From IMG/VR virus record IMGVR_UViG_3300032046_000022, positions 3,261-67,260 of that record: a DNA stretch of 64,000 nt, one strand, 5' to 3'. Below the pieces are notes generated by a model. It had not been told where the DNA came from. It did no database searches and saw only the letters and a list, made by a program, of their open reading frames with translations. Made by a program: the position numbers and the translations under genes. The first letter of the stretch is position 1. Each line of letters starts with the position of its first letter. Shown piece by piece: positions 37,274 through 46,802 of this stretch. The DNA is from a virus.

Positions 37274-37723
37274 ATGGTTAAAAGTCCTCACGCAAAAGGT
37301 GCGGCTTTCGAACGCAGAATAGTGAAAATGTTTAACAGTAATTGGGGGGTCAAGTTGGTGCGCACGCCACAAAGTGGCGGATGGGGACAGGCGCATACTA
37401 AGGGAGATCTGGTCGATCCAGAGCGCAAATTCCCGTATTTCGTGGAGTGTAAGAATCAGCAATATTGGAATCTTTGGGGCGCGCTGTTCGATGGCGAGGG
37501 GCCGCTTATGAAGTGGTGGAGCAAAGCGGCCAAACAGGCAAAGCAGGAAGATCGTATGCCGCTGCTAATAATTGGACAGGACTATCAGTCTCCGCTCGTG
37601 GTCGCGCCGCTGTTAAGAAGTATCGGGAGCAGACCGCATGCGTTTTTGTTCGCTCCGGAGCATGGCGCTCTTTGCCTGATGCGTTTTTCTGATTTTCTGA
37701 AGTATTACAAGACGACTTTATAG
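37274..37723 (+). CDS. Holliday junction resolvase (PD-(D/E)XK)
   Basis: KGAAFER...RTPQSGG...GDL...VECK. Confidence 0.8.
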   Translation: MVKSPHAKGAAFERRIVKMFNSNWGVKLVRTPQSGGWGQAHTKGDLVDPERKFPYFVECKNQQYWNLWGALFDGEGPLMKWWSKAAKQAKQEDRMPLLIIGQDYQSPLVVAPLLRSIGSRPHAFLFAPEHGALCLMRFSDFLKYYKTTL

Positions 37724-37763
37724 GTGGGACAGTTTAGAACCGGCTGGAGAGTGTGAGAAAGCA

Positions 37764-38162
37764 ATGCCCGTTGTTGATGGTGTTCTGAAGTCGAAAAATC
37801 CACGGTGGAGCAACCTGCGCGCAAAGTTTGTTCCAAATTCTGTGTTAAGAGTTTGTTTGGAAAAAGAGCCGGATAACCAAACTCTCGTCACGATCAAGAA
37901 AGAGCGTGATCGGATCGAGACTGTGATTTCGCCGGCTGAGAAGATCGAGTGGTATGCCAGTATCGAGTTCTATCTCCAGGCAGTGCGCGAAATCAATTCA
38001 ACCGTTGCAGTCGGAGGAGCTGTTGCTCCGGAAGTTATGGTGCAGCTCGACAGCTGTGTTGCGCGAATATTGGAAATCGAAAGCGGCGCAGCGGAGAAGT
38101 TGCTCAATACTAGACGATCGAATCCGACCAAAACTGCGGCTGGATTTCACAGAACGAAGTGA
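37764..38162 (+). CDS. Hypothetical protein
   Basis: ORF within the operon. Confidence 0.5.
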   Translation: MPVVDGVLKSKNPRWSNLRAKFVPNSVLRVCLEKEPDNQTLVTIKKERDRIETVISPAEKIEWYASIEFYLQAVREINSTVAVGGAVAPEVMVQLDSCVARILEIESGAAEKLLNTRRSNPTKTAAGFHRTK

Positions 38163-38204
38163 ACTGAACCAGCCGGTTCTAAACTGTCTCTTAGGAAAAT
38201 CAAC

Positions 38205-39269
38205 GTGAATATTCTAGTAACAGGCGACTGGCATATCCACAATTATCCTCAATTCGCAAAGCCGTGGCGTGAGGGGCTGAACACGCGGGTGCGCGATGCA
38301 TTGGAGGCGCTCAACGTTATTCCTGGGCTGATTCGCAAGTATCGCGTGAAGGCATTTTGTCATTTGGGCGATTGGAATATGAACGCGAGCAATGATTATA
38401 GACTGGTCAATGTTACGCGGGAGCTGTCTATGGCTTGCGCGAACGAAGTTCGATTGCAGGGAGGCGCGGTTATAAACATTCACGGCAATCACGACACGGT
38501 GAGTGCGGACTCTGCAATTCATAACAATTATCCATATTTGGCAGAATATCACAGAACGACCGGAATAGACGGCGTTCGATTTTATTGCGTTGGCTATAAT
38601 GACAAATTGCCTGATATAGCTTCGCTCGATTTGAGCGCAGAGCTGTCGGTGTTTTTGCTGCATAAAGATTTGGAGGGCGGCAAGACGGCGCAGGGTTTTG
38701 TCTATCGGACGGATGTGGCTGTCGGCCAGCTGTATTTCGAAGCGGTAAAAAAGGCGCTGAGCGGGCGCGTGATTTTTCTGGCTGGACATTACCATCATCC
38801 GCAAAAGATTGGTGCTGTGCAGGTGGTGGGCGCTCCGATTCAGCACAATCGTGGCGACATGGGAGATCGGCGTGGTGTTTTGCTATTGAACACAGAGACG
38901 TTCGAGATATGGCGGATTCCGATCGATGGTCCGATGTTTCACGAAGTGAGTTGGCCGGCGCTCAAGTTTATTTGTCCATGCTGTAAAAATGCGCGCAAAT
39001 ATGTGGAGAGCGATTATGTGACGGTAGCTGTGGAACGTGCTGGCGTGGATTATGATGCGGCGCGAGCGTGGACGAAGAGTTATGGACTGAATCTGAATGC
39101 GGCTGTGATTATTCGCTCGCTGGCGGTGACGGCGAAAGCTAAAAATAACGTGCCGGACGTGAGTATTCTGAACGAAGACGATTTGCTGAAAAAGTATCTC
39201 ATGGAGAAAGAGAAGTTGGGTTCTGTCGCGGCGCAAGAACTGATTCAGCTTGGGAGGGAGCTGACATGA
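38205..39269 (+). CDS. sbcD: SbcD/Mre11 metallophosphoesterase nuclease
   Basis: GDWH, LGD, GNHD, GHYH. Confidence 0.85.
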   Translation: MNILVTGDWHIHNYPQFAKPWREGLNTRVRDALEALNVIPGLIRKYRVKAFCHLGDWNMNASNDYRLVNVTRELSMACANEVRLQGGAVINIHGNHDTVSADSAIHNNYPYLAEYHRTTGIDGVRFYCVGYNDKLPDIASLDLSAELSVFLLHKDLEGGKTAQGFVYRTDVAVGQLYFEAVKKALSGRVIFLAGHYHHPQKIGAVQVVGAPIQHNRGDMGDRRGVLLLNTETFEIWRIPIDGPMFHEVSWPALKFICPCCKNARKYVESDYVTVAVERAGVDYDAARAWTKSYGLNLNAAVIIRSLAVTAKAKNNVPDVSILNEDDLLKKYLMEKEKLGSVAAQELIQLGRELT

Positions 39270-39553
39270 AAAAGGGAAAGAGGCCAATTCGCGTGCTGTG
39301 GCCGAGACAGCCGGTGCTTTTGGGCGAGAAGATTGCGCATATCGTATTTGCCAAAAATCAGCCGCAATATCTTCCGTTGCCGGCGCTTAGAAGTAAGGCC
39401 GGAGTTGTGACTACAAGGTGGCGAATGAGTTGGAGAGATCGGCTTCTGGCACTGTGGACCGGAAATGTTTATGTGCAGGCTTCCACATTTAACCATCCAC
39501 TTCAGCCGTTGCGTGTGATGATTGTGGCTCCGCGTAAAGAGGATGTGTTATGA
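39266..39553 (+). CDS. Conserved phage hypothetical protein
   Basis: FAKNQPQYLPLPA...FNHPLQP. Confidence 0.55.
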   Translation: MKKGKRPIRVLWPRQPVLLGEKIAHIVFAKNQPQYLPLPALRSKAGVVTTRWRMSWRDRLLALWTGNVYVQASTFNHPLQPLRVMIVAPRKEDVL

Positions 39554-41322
39554 TCAAAGTTATTGAAATCGAAGCACGGAATTTTCTCACGTTTCGTGAA
39601 TTGCCGCCGACCAAAATCGACAATCTTGGTTTGGTATTCGTGCGCGGAAAGAATCTCGATGATCTGAATGCAGACTCTAATGATGCAGGCAAGACAAATT
39701 TGTTCAACGTGATCAGCTGGGTTCTATATGAGCGGCTGGCCAAGGCCGGCAACCGAATAGTCGGAGATGAAGTGATAAACTCTGTGGCCGGCGAGGAATG
39801 CTGGGCGCGAGCGCGGCTCGAGGTGGACGGTGCTGAATATGTTATATCGCGCTTTCGTGGGAGCAGAGGGCAGAAAAACGGCGCGGTGATTTCGGGCGCG
39901 CTCACGGCTGCGGGAAGGCGCTCTGCCACAAACGAGGAGATCGAAACTATTCTGGGCATGACGTATTCGATGTTTCTGTCCTCAGTGTTTTGGGCGCAAG
40001 GAACCGCCACACGTCGACTTACACAATTGACAGACGCTGAATATAAGGCGCTATTTGATGAGCTGGTCGGGACAGAGCATTTCGAAGCCAAACGGAAAAA
40101 GCTGGCGCGCAAGATTGGCGAGTTTGACGAAATGCTTCAGGCGCTCGAAATCACGATTGGTCGGCTGAACGGCGGACTGGCTGTGGCTTTCGAGGCGCTG
40201 GAGAATACGAAACCGAAATGGCCGAAATTGGATCTTGTTTTTTTGAAGGAATGTGCGACTCGGCTCGATGAATTAGGACTTGCCAGCTCAGAAACTCTGT
40301 CCGCGCTGGATACGGCGAAGCGCTCTGTCTCGACTATTGAGGCGGATCTGGTTTTGAAAAGATCAGCGCTGGATCGTCTTGAGCGCTCGGAGAAGGCCGC
40401 GCAGGTGTCCGTTGAAAAGAAAATCTGCAGTTTGTGCAGACAGGTTCTGGAAAGCGATCAAGCAGCGACTCAGTTGTTGCAAGAAGTGAAGCGATGTCGA
40501 CATGAGGTGGCGAATGTAATTTCTGAGATGGCTGTTCTCGCCGGCAATCTGGCGATTGCGAAAAATCGGCGCGATAAACTAGAAGAGAAGATGGCAAAGG
40601 TGCTTATCGAGCACAGAAAAATCAAAGAGAACGCTGATGGTCGGCTTCCGTTCGAGTTGAAGCACAAATACGGTTTGTCGACGGCGCTTGCGCTCCTCGA
40701 GGAGGACCGAAAAAAAGAAGCAGATGCAGAATTGACGAAAAAGTTGAACTCGCTGCTACTCGACCGTAAAAGGAACGAAATAAAAAAGACAGACGTGCAG
40801 GCGCTCAAAAGCAAATATGAGATTTTGGTACGCGCTTATGGACCGTTGGGCATGAAGTCTATGCGTCTTGAGGAGCTGACTCCGCTTTTGAATAGCAAGG
40901 CGGCGGAATATAGCGACCGACTGAGCGGCGGGATGCTGCAGGTTCGATTTTCTACGACCACAGAATTGAAAACAGGCGAAGTGAAAGAGAAATATTGCGT
41001 GGAAGTGCAGAAGGACGCCGGTGTGAATTTTCAATTGAGCGGCGGCGGGATGACACGCAAGGCGGACTTGATTGCAGCGTTTGCGCTGGATGAAGTTCGT
41101 GAAGCGATGACAAATAAGCGCATGCTTGTGAAAGTGTATGATGAAGCGACAGACGGACTGGACGCTGCGGGCGAAGCCTCGGTGGTGGATCTGCTCCGTA
41201 GTCGGATGTCGGGCACAGCATTTTTCGTGAGCCACAAGAGTTTGGTTGGCGAAAATATGTTTGATGGTATCTGGGAAGTTGCGCGGGAAAACAACGAGTC
41301 TCGATTATGTGTGGTGAAGTAA
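39550..41322 (+). CDS. sbcC: SbcC/Rad50 ATPase
   Basis: NDAGKT, zinc hook CSLC, LSGG, DEATDGLD, SH. Confidence 0.88.
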   Translation: MIKVIEIEARNFLTFRELPPTKIDNLGLVFVRGKNLDDLNADSNDAGKTNLFNVISWVLYERLAKAGNRIVGDEVINSVAGEECWARARLEVDGAEYVISRFRGSRGQKNGAVISGALTAAGRRSATNEEIETILGMTYSMFLSSVFWAQGTATRRLTQLTDAEYKALFDELVGTEHFEAKRKKLARKIGEFDEMLQALEITIGRLNGGLAVAFEALENTKPKWPKLDLVFLKECATRLDELGLASSETLSALDTAKRSVSTIEADLVLKRSALDRLERSEKAAQVSVEKKICSLCRQVLESDQAATQLLQEVKRCRHEVANVISEMAVLAGNLAIAKNRRDKLEEKMAKVLIEHRKIKENADGRLPFELKHKYGLSTALALLEEDRKKEADAELTKKLNSLLLDRKRNEIKKTDVQALKSKYEILVRAYGPLGMKSMRLEELTPLLNSKAAEYSDRLSGGMLQVRFSTTTELKTGEVKEKYCVEVQKDAGVNFQLSGGGMTRKADLIAAFALDEVREAMTNKRMLVKVYDEATDGLDAAGEASVVDLLRSRMSGTAFFVSHKSLVGENMFDGIWEVARENNESRLCVVK

Positions 41323-41504
41323 TAGGCGAAACCGGTATAATAGCCTTGACGAGCGAGGACGGGCTGAACCTTATGGCAACCTGTCTCTTCGCAGACAGAA
41401 GCGGCTTAACTTTGCGGCCTTTGGTCTCCTTTCTCCGCAAAGTTTGGTCAACGCGGCGACCACGATGAAGCGCATTCTCGGAGCCGCTTCTGTTGGAGAA
41501 AAAG

Positions 41505-41789
41505 ATGCCAGATGGGAATGTCAAAGATAATCAGTTTTTTGTTAGTATAAACTTTCCTGAAATAAAAGTTCCTTCTGCTGGTATCCCGATTGCTGCTGCA
41601 CGAGAAACGTTATTCAATACGATGGTTGGTCTTCTGCACACTTTGTCCGCACCGGACATAGGCGAAATCGAGCGGCAAGTTATCGCTGGAAAATTAGCGC
41701 TGCTGATATATGAAGCGGCTGCGACTGCTGCGGCTTTGCAAGTTGATGATCAGCTTATTAAGTCTATGGGGCAATTTGGGAGCGAGTGA
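41505..41789 (+). CDS. Hypothetical protein
   Basis: GGAG RBS after a structured leader. Confidence 0.55.
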   Translation: MPDGNVKDNQFFVSINFPEIKVPSAGIPIAAARETLFNTMVGLLHTLSAPDIGEIERQVIAGKLALLIYEAAATAAALQVDDQLIKSMGQFGSE

Positions 41790-42160
41790 TGCTTATTGGT
41801 GCTCTTATATTCGCCGGCGGAACGTTTTTTGGAATATTGGCAGTTCTGTGTCTGCTCGGATTATGCTCTGCCGGAGCGGCTCCTGAGTCAGAAGAGATTC
41901 CGATCAAGATCTTCAGCTATTTTCTCGAAGGAGGCTCGAAGTTGAATTGCAAGCGCTGCAATAAGGACACCGACAGAGTGATCACAGGAGTTGGAGCCGA
42001 CTGTTTTTTAGTTGAACCGGTGTGCACAGACTGCTACTTGGTTGGTCTTCGCGAGCACGTTGATGAAAGCTGGCGAATGGATGTGACTTTTTACATAAAA
42101 GACAAGGAATACAAAATGGTCTCCATTGCCGGAAAGAAGAGATCAGAGGAGATTAAGTGA
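41786..42160 (+). CDS. Membrane protein with CxxC motifs
   Basis: N-terminal TM; CKRC/CTDC. Confidence 0.5.
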   Translation: MMLIGALIFAGGTFFGILAVLCLLGLCSAGAAPESEEIPIKIFSYFLEGGSKLNCKRCNKDTDRVITGVGADCFLVEPVCTDCYLVGLREHVDESWRMDVTFYIKDKEYKMVSIAGKKRSEEIK

Positions 42161-42342
42161 ATTGGTATAATTTTTCAATTGGATTTATATTCGGTGCGGT
42201 AGTGGCGGCCGTTATTCTCAAGTTTGCGTTTGGTCGATATTGCGCAAAGTGTCTGGAGACGATAGGACGTATTCGAGAGTGAAACTTTGTTGCGGGGCGC
42301 TTCTGTGCGCTGCCCGCGTTTTTCCAAATCAAGGAGACTGAA

Positions 42343-42534
42343 ATGTTGATATTCAAATTGTATAAGGACAGAAGAGGCGAATGGCGCTGGAGATTATTGT
42401 CAAGGAACGGCAGAATCGTGGCAACTTCTGGCGAGGGATATAAGCGGCGCGGTGCGGCGCTGAAGATGATCCGATGGATTTTGGAAGGTGGAGCGTCGGA
42501 CGATTTCGTCGTCGAGGCTGAAGGAAAGCAATGA
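42343..42534 (+). CDS. DUF1508/YegP-family protein
   Basis: FKLYKDRRGEWRWRL...NGRIVATSGEGY. Confidence 0.85.
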   Translation: MLIFKLYKDRRGEWRWRLLSRNGRIVATSGEGYKRRGAALKMIRWILEGGASDDFVVEAEGKQ

Positions 42535-43388
42535 AGACAGAGCAAATGAACACATACAAACGGCTGCTGAAAAAGATAGATTTGTCCAAGCCGTTTGTGC
42601 TGTCAAGTTCGGATCGTTCGGCGCTCACGCGGGAATTTGCAGACAAGGCTCCTGGCGTGAACGATGATGCCAGTTTTGCGAATTTCTTCGAAGCGCCGAG
42701 ACCGTATTTGTTCTTGCACGTTGTGCGAGTCTTGAACGTGGGCTGGCTGGTGCTGAGACATATGGGCGCGTTTGATAAGGCCGGAAGATATCGCGTTCTT
42801 GACATAGGCGCTGGTCGCGCAGAGATGATGATGATTCTGCGCGGCTACTTTCGCAAGAAAGGCGCGTTGCTATGCTACACCGGATTCGACGTTGATATTC
42901 GTAAGGCAGAATTGTTTTCCCAGCTGTATGGGCGCTGCGATCCTGCAAGATTCAATTATAAGATTGGAGATTTTCGACAAGGTTTTCCGTTTGCGAAATG
43001 CTCATTCGAAGGTGCGACTTGCACGGAAGTTTTGGAGCATGTGAAACAAGATGAAGGAAAAAGAATGCTCAAAGACGCGGCGAGAGTTTTGAGTCGTGGC
43101 GGCATTCTGGTCTTGACGACTCCAGACAGGCAAGGCGCGAAAAAAACCATGAGCAAATTCCACGTTCACGAGTGGAGCCACGAAGAACTGATTTATACGC
43201 TCGACGAAGTTGGTTTCAAGATAATAGAGAAGATGTGGCTGGGCGTTCCCAAAAACGCGCTGAAGAGATTCATGCCGGTCGGCTATCAAGATCGAATAAA
43301 TGGAGATTTGGTGCGCGCCGTTATGGGTCCGGCGTCCGGAGAGCGCGGGAACTATCAGTGTCTGGTTTGCCAAAAGAAGTGGAAATGA
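42531..43388 (+). CDS. Class I SAM-dependent methyltransferase
   Basis: VLDIGAG, EVLEHV, GGILVLTTP, HVHEW. Confidence 0.85.
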   Translation: MKTEQMNTYKRLLKKIDLSKPFVLSSSDRSALTREFADKAPGVNDDASFANFFEAPRPYLFLHVVRVLNVGWLVLRHMGAFDKAGRYRVLDIGAGRAEMMMILRGYFRKKGALLCYTGFDVDIRKAELFSQLYGRCDPARFNYKIGDFRQGFPFAKCSFEGATCTEVLEHVKQDEGKRMLKDAARVLSRGGILVLTTPDRQGAKKTMSKFHVHEWSHEELIYTLDEVGFKIIEKMWLGVPKNALKRFMPVGYQDRINGDLVRAVMGPASGERGNYQCLVCQKKWK

Positions 43389-43412
43389 CGAGAGAATGGG
43401 GGAAAGCAGAAA

Positions 43413-43874
43413 ATGCCAAGGCTATATTCTCACAGTTTCGATCCTGCAATTAACTGTCTGAAAGACGAGTCGCTCCTGGACGCGCTCGAGCGTGAGCGCA
43501 GGGAAAAGGACGCCAGAATAAACAACCTGGAAAATCAGATCAACAAACTGTCCGCTTTCATCATAGAGAATGTGCCCGGAGAGCCATCTCAGAGTCAAGG
43601 CGCGGTCGACACGGCGATTCGACTTCTGTCCGCGCCAAATAAAGATCGGGAGAACGACGATGCCAGGAAGAACCACGAAGACGACCGGCGGGAAGTTCCG
43701 GAACACATGGGGCGGGAAAGTGAGAGCGCGCAAAACGACAAAAGCGAAAGCGCGCCGACAAATGAATTTGTTGCGAGCTGTCAAGCACGGCTGGAAACCG
43801 AAAACAAAGCGGAAAAGCCGGTAACAAGAAAGTGGAAGCCTCCCAACAACAGCTACAGACCAAAAACAAAATAA
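43413..43874 (+). CDS. Hypothetical protein
   Basis: GEPSQSQGAVDTAIRLL segment; 3' half overlaps another ORF. Confidence 0.45.
   Translation: MPRLYSHSFDPAINCLKDESLLDALERERREKDARINNLENQINKLSAFIIENVPGEPSQSQGAVDTAIRLLSAPNKDRENDDARKNHEDDRREVPEHMGRESESAQNDKSESAPTNEFVASCQARLETENKAEKPVTRKWKPPNNSYRPKTK
43660..43824 (+). CDS. Small highly basic protein (overlapping frame)
   Basis: GGGAG RBS; MPGRTTK...TTKAKARRQMNLLRAVKHGWKP. Confidence 0.5.
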   Translation: MPGRTTKTTGGKFRNTWGGKVRARKTTKAKARRQMNLLRAVKHGWKPKTKRKSR

Positions 43875-44159
43875 GACTCGCACAGAAGCCGGCAATATAG
43901 AGAATATCGAGCGCAAGAACGCTCGAATAGCGTATATTCGCTCGATGCGATCGGATAGTATAGGCGTGGAAGTGCATACTCTTTGTCAAATAGACGTTAA
44001 GCCTATGACAAATCCAGCTTTAAGATTTGAATGGAGTCGAGAAACTCTGGAAGGATATGCGAGCGTATGGCAAGACTAATTGGAATTGAGGGACTGGATT
44101 TGGGTGAAAAAGCGGCAGAGGGGCTAAGACAGCGCACTCAAAATCCTGGGAGGAGTTAG

Positions 44160-44909
44160 ATGCCTTTCGGTCCTGGTGGAATACCTGCAGGAATGAAAAA
44201 GAAAGGTGGTGCGGGCCGCCCTCGCGCTGGTGCAGCGGGCATGCGCTGGAAGAATCCGAAGTCGCGCACGCCAGAGCAGCGTGAACTTGATTTGGCGCGC
44301 GAGAGCGACATGTACTTCGGGCGCGCCATGACCATCCACTCGATCGCAAAAGAGATCGGTGTATCTGGCACTCAGATTTATCGCGACTTGATTCTGATCA
44401 GAAGACGAGCACAAGCCGCGATCGTGAAGCCGGTGGAAGAGCTGAAAACCGAGATGGTGACGGCGCTCAGATATATCCAGAACGAGGCGCTCCAGGCTTG
44501 GGATCGCAGTCAGGAAGATTCCGAGGCGATCGAGACGACCGAGCGCGTGAGCGATGTTATCAATGGCAAGAACGCGCTGCGGCGTGTGGGCGGAAAGCTG
44601 ATTCACCCAGCCAAAAAGAAAACCAAAGCAACCGTGATGAAGCGAGAGGGGCAGGTTGGTGACGCTCGATTCCTAGAGTGCGCTCGCAAGTGTGTTGATG
44701 ATATCGGTCTGATCCTCGGCGTGAATGTCCCGTTGGTTCAGGATGGGGTCGACCAAATGAAAGCACAGGATGACGCTCACCAGCTTCTCGAGGGGCGGCT
44801 CAAGCAGCTGCATGCGGCGGTTGTGCCGCCAAACCAGCCTGCCACAACTCAGGCAGGCGCTCCAGCGGGCGAGCAGCCAGCGACATCAAAGGCTGAGACG
44901 GTGAATTGA
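44160..44909 (+). CDS. terS: Terminase small subunit-like HTH protein
   Basis: IAKEIGVSGTQIYRDL HTH, GDARFL motif, upstream of TerL. Confidence 0.65.
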   Translation: MPFGPGGIPAGMKKKGGAGRPRAGAAGMRWKNPKSRTPEQRELDLARESDMYFGRAMTIHSIAKEIGVSGTQIYRDLILIRRRAQAAIVKPVEELKTEMVTALRYIQNEALQAWDRSQEDSEAIETTERVSDVINGKNALRRVGGKLIHPAKKKTKATVMKREGQVGDARFLECARKCVDDIGLILGVNVPLVQDGVDQMKAQDDAHQLLEGRLKQLHAAVVPPNQPATTQAGAPAGEQPATSKAETVN

Positions 44910-45262
44910 GCGGCGCTGTGTTTTGGGGCGGACAGGGTTTCGGGTGCTCAGGGCAGACAGGGAGCAGGGAAAGATGCATCGGACGCAGGCGAGCGCTGTC
45001 GAACACCATCGAGCGCAGGGAAAACCGGACCGAATGGGCGTTCACAGGGCGAAAGCGCTCTCGAAACAACCCAAAAACAAGGGCCCAAAGCCTCGCGAGG
45101 AGGCCAAGGCTGTGCGATCGTCCTCTCTCGAGGGGAAACCTATGCCCAGCCGTGCAAATTGGCGGGAGCGGCTTGTCTTTTGGGTCGAACAGGGACTTGC
45201 CGGCGATCAATTTGAGGGTCTGTGTGCAGAATCGAGCATTCTGGCCGTGGCGCTACCAGGGA

Positions 45263-45300
45263 GTTTGCTGACGGGGGTTTGCTGACGGGGGTTTGCTGAC
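45263..45300. repeat. 14-bp tandem repeat between terS and terL
   Basis: GTTTGCTGAC at 45263, 45277 and 45291 separated by GGGG. Confidence 0.9.
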
Positions 45301-45476
45301 TTTTTCTGTGTCTCGCGATGTCCGGCGTTGGGCCGGGAGCGCAAAATGCAGCATTTTCGGTGTGTTTTTGTGTGCGGTGGGGGGTGGCTCCCTCGCGGCC
45401 GCCGGAGAGTGTGTGTTAGCCTACAAACGATTTTCCAAAAATTTTTCAAAAAATCCAAAATTCGGACAGGCGATTC

Positions 45477-46802
45477 ATGGCATCATTTAGCATGGCTGAG
45501 CAAATGGCTGCGCTCTCAGACCCGGACAGGAAAGCCGTGCTTGGCGGGCTGAAAAAAGAGCAGCTTGACGGATTGCAATACGATTGGAGATTCTGGGCAA
45601 GGCCAAAACAGCTTCCGCCGTCGATAGATTTCAACACATGGTTGATTCTGGCAGGCCGTGGTTGGGGCAAGACTCGCACCGGCGCAGAATGGCTTCGTGA
45701 GCAAGTGGAGAAAAAAGGGAAGCGCAGACTCGCGCTCGTGGGCGCGACCGCAGCGGATGCGCGAGATATCATGGTGGAAGGAGAAAGCGGAATCCTGGCC
45801 GTGAGTCCGTCTTGGTTTCGTCCGATATATCAGCCGTCCAAACGCCGACTCAAGTGGCCAAACGGCGCTGTGGCGACGGTGTTTTCCGCCGACAAGCCGG
45901 ATCGACTGCGCGGACCTTCGCACGATTGCGCTTGGGCCGACGAACTCGCCGCGTGGCGAGATCCGGAGGCTTGGGACATGCTTATGCTCACGCTGCGCAT
46001 TGGCCAAAAGGTTGCCCAGGTTGCGGTAACAACGACTCCAAAGCCTCTCCCGCACATCAAAAACCTGATCGGAAAACAAGGCGTTACGATCACCAAGGGA
46101 ACCACATACGAAAACCTTGCAAACCTGAGTCCACGTTTCCGCGAGGAGATTCTTGCGGCGTATGAAGGCACGCGACTGGGGCGGCAGGAGATTAATGCCG
46201 AGCTGCTGGACGATGCTCCTGGAAGTTTGTGGAAGCGCACGCAGATTGACCAGTTCCGCGTTAAGCGCTCACCAGACCTTGTCAAAGTTGTGATCGGAGT
46301 CGATCCGGAGTCCTCAAGCGGCGATCAAAGCGCTGAGACCGGCATCGTGGCCTGCGGAGCGGGCGTGGACAAGCACGGCTATCTGATCGAAGACGCAACC
46401 ATTCGCGGGACGCCAGCGGTTTGGGGGCATCGTGTTGTGTCGACGTTCTATAAGATGAAAGCAAACTATGTGGTGGCCGAAGCGAACAATGGCGGCGAGA
46501 TGGTTGCTCACGTTATCAAAACGATAGACGCAAACGTGCCGGTGAAGATGGTATATGCCTCTCGCGGAAAATATACGCGAGCCGAGCCTGTCGCGTCCAT
46601 GGCCGAAAAAGGCGAGATGCACCACGTTGGCTGGTATCCAGAATTGGAGGATCAGCTGTGCCAGTGGACTCCTGGAACAAGCGAGAAATCTCCAGACCGA
46701 CTTGATGCTTATGTCTGGGGGATGACGGAACTGTTTATAACGGGCGTGCAAGGTGGGCCGCGTCGATTGGTGGGTCCAACTTCGTCCAGAAAGAGAAGAT
46801 GA
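45477..46802 (+). CDS. terL: Terminase large subunit
   Basis: AGRGWGKT, LRGP, WADE, TTTP, IGVDP, SPDRLDA. Confidence 0.95.
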   Translation: MASFSMAEQMAALSDPDRKAVLGGLKKEQLDGLQYDWRFWARPKQLPPSIDFNTWLILAGRGWGKTRTGAEWLREQVEKKGKRRLALVGATAADARDIMVEGESGILAVSPSWFRPIYQPSKRRLKWPNGAVATVFSADKPDRLRGPSHDCAWADELAAWRDPEAWDMLMLTLRIGQKVAQVAVTTTPKPLPHIKNLIGKQGVTITKGTTYENLANLSPRFREEILAAYEGTRLGRQEINAELLDDAPGSLWKRTQIDQFRVKRSPDLVKVVIGVDPESSSGDQSAETGIVACGAGVDKHGYLIEDATIRGTPAVWGHRVVSTFYKMKANYVVAEANNGGEMVAHVIKTIDANVPVKMVYASRGKYTRAEPVASMAEKGEMHHVGWYPELEDQLCQWTPGTSEKSPDRLDAYVWGMTELFITGVQGGPRRLVGPTSSRKRR

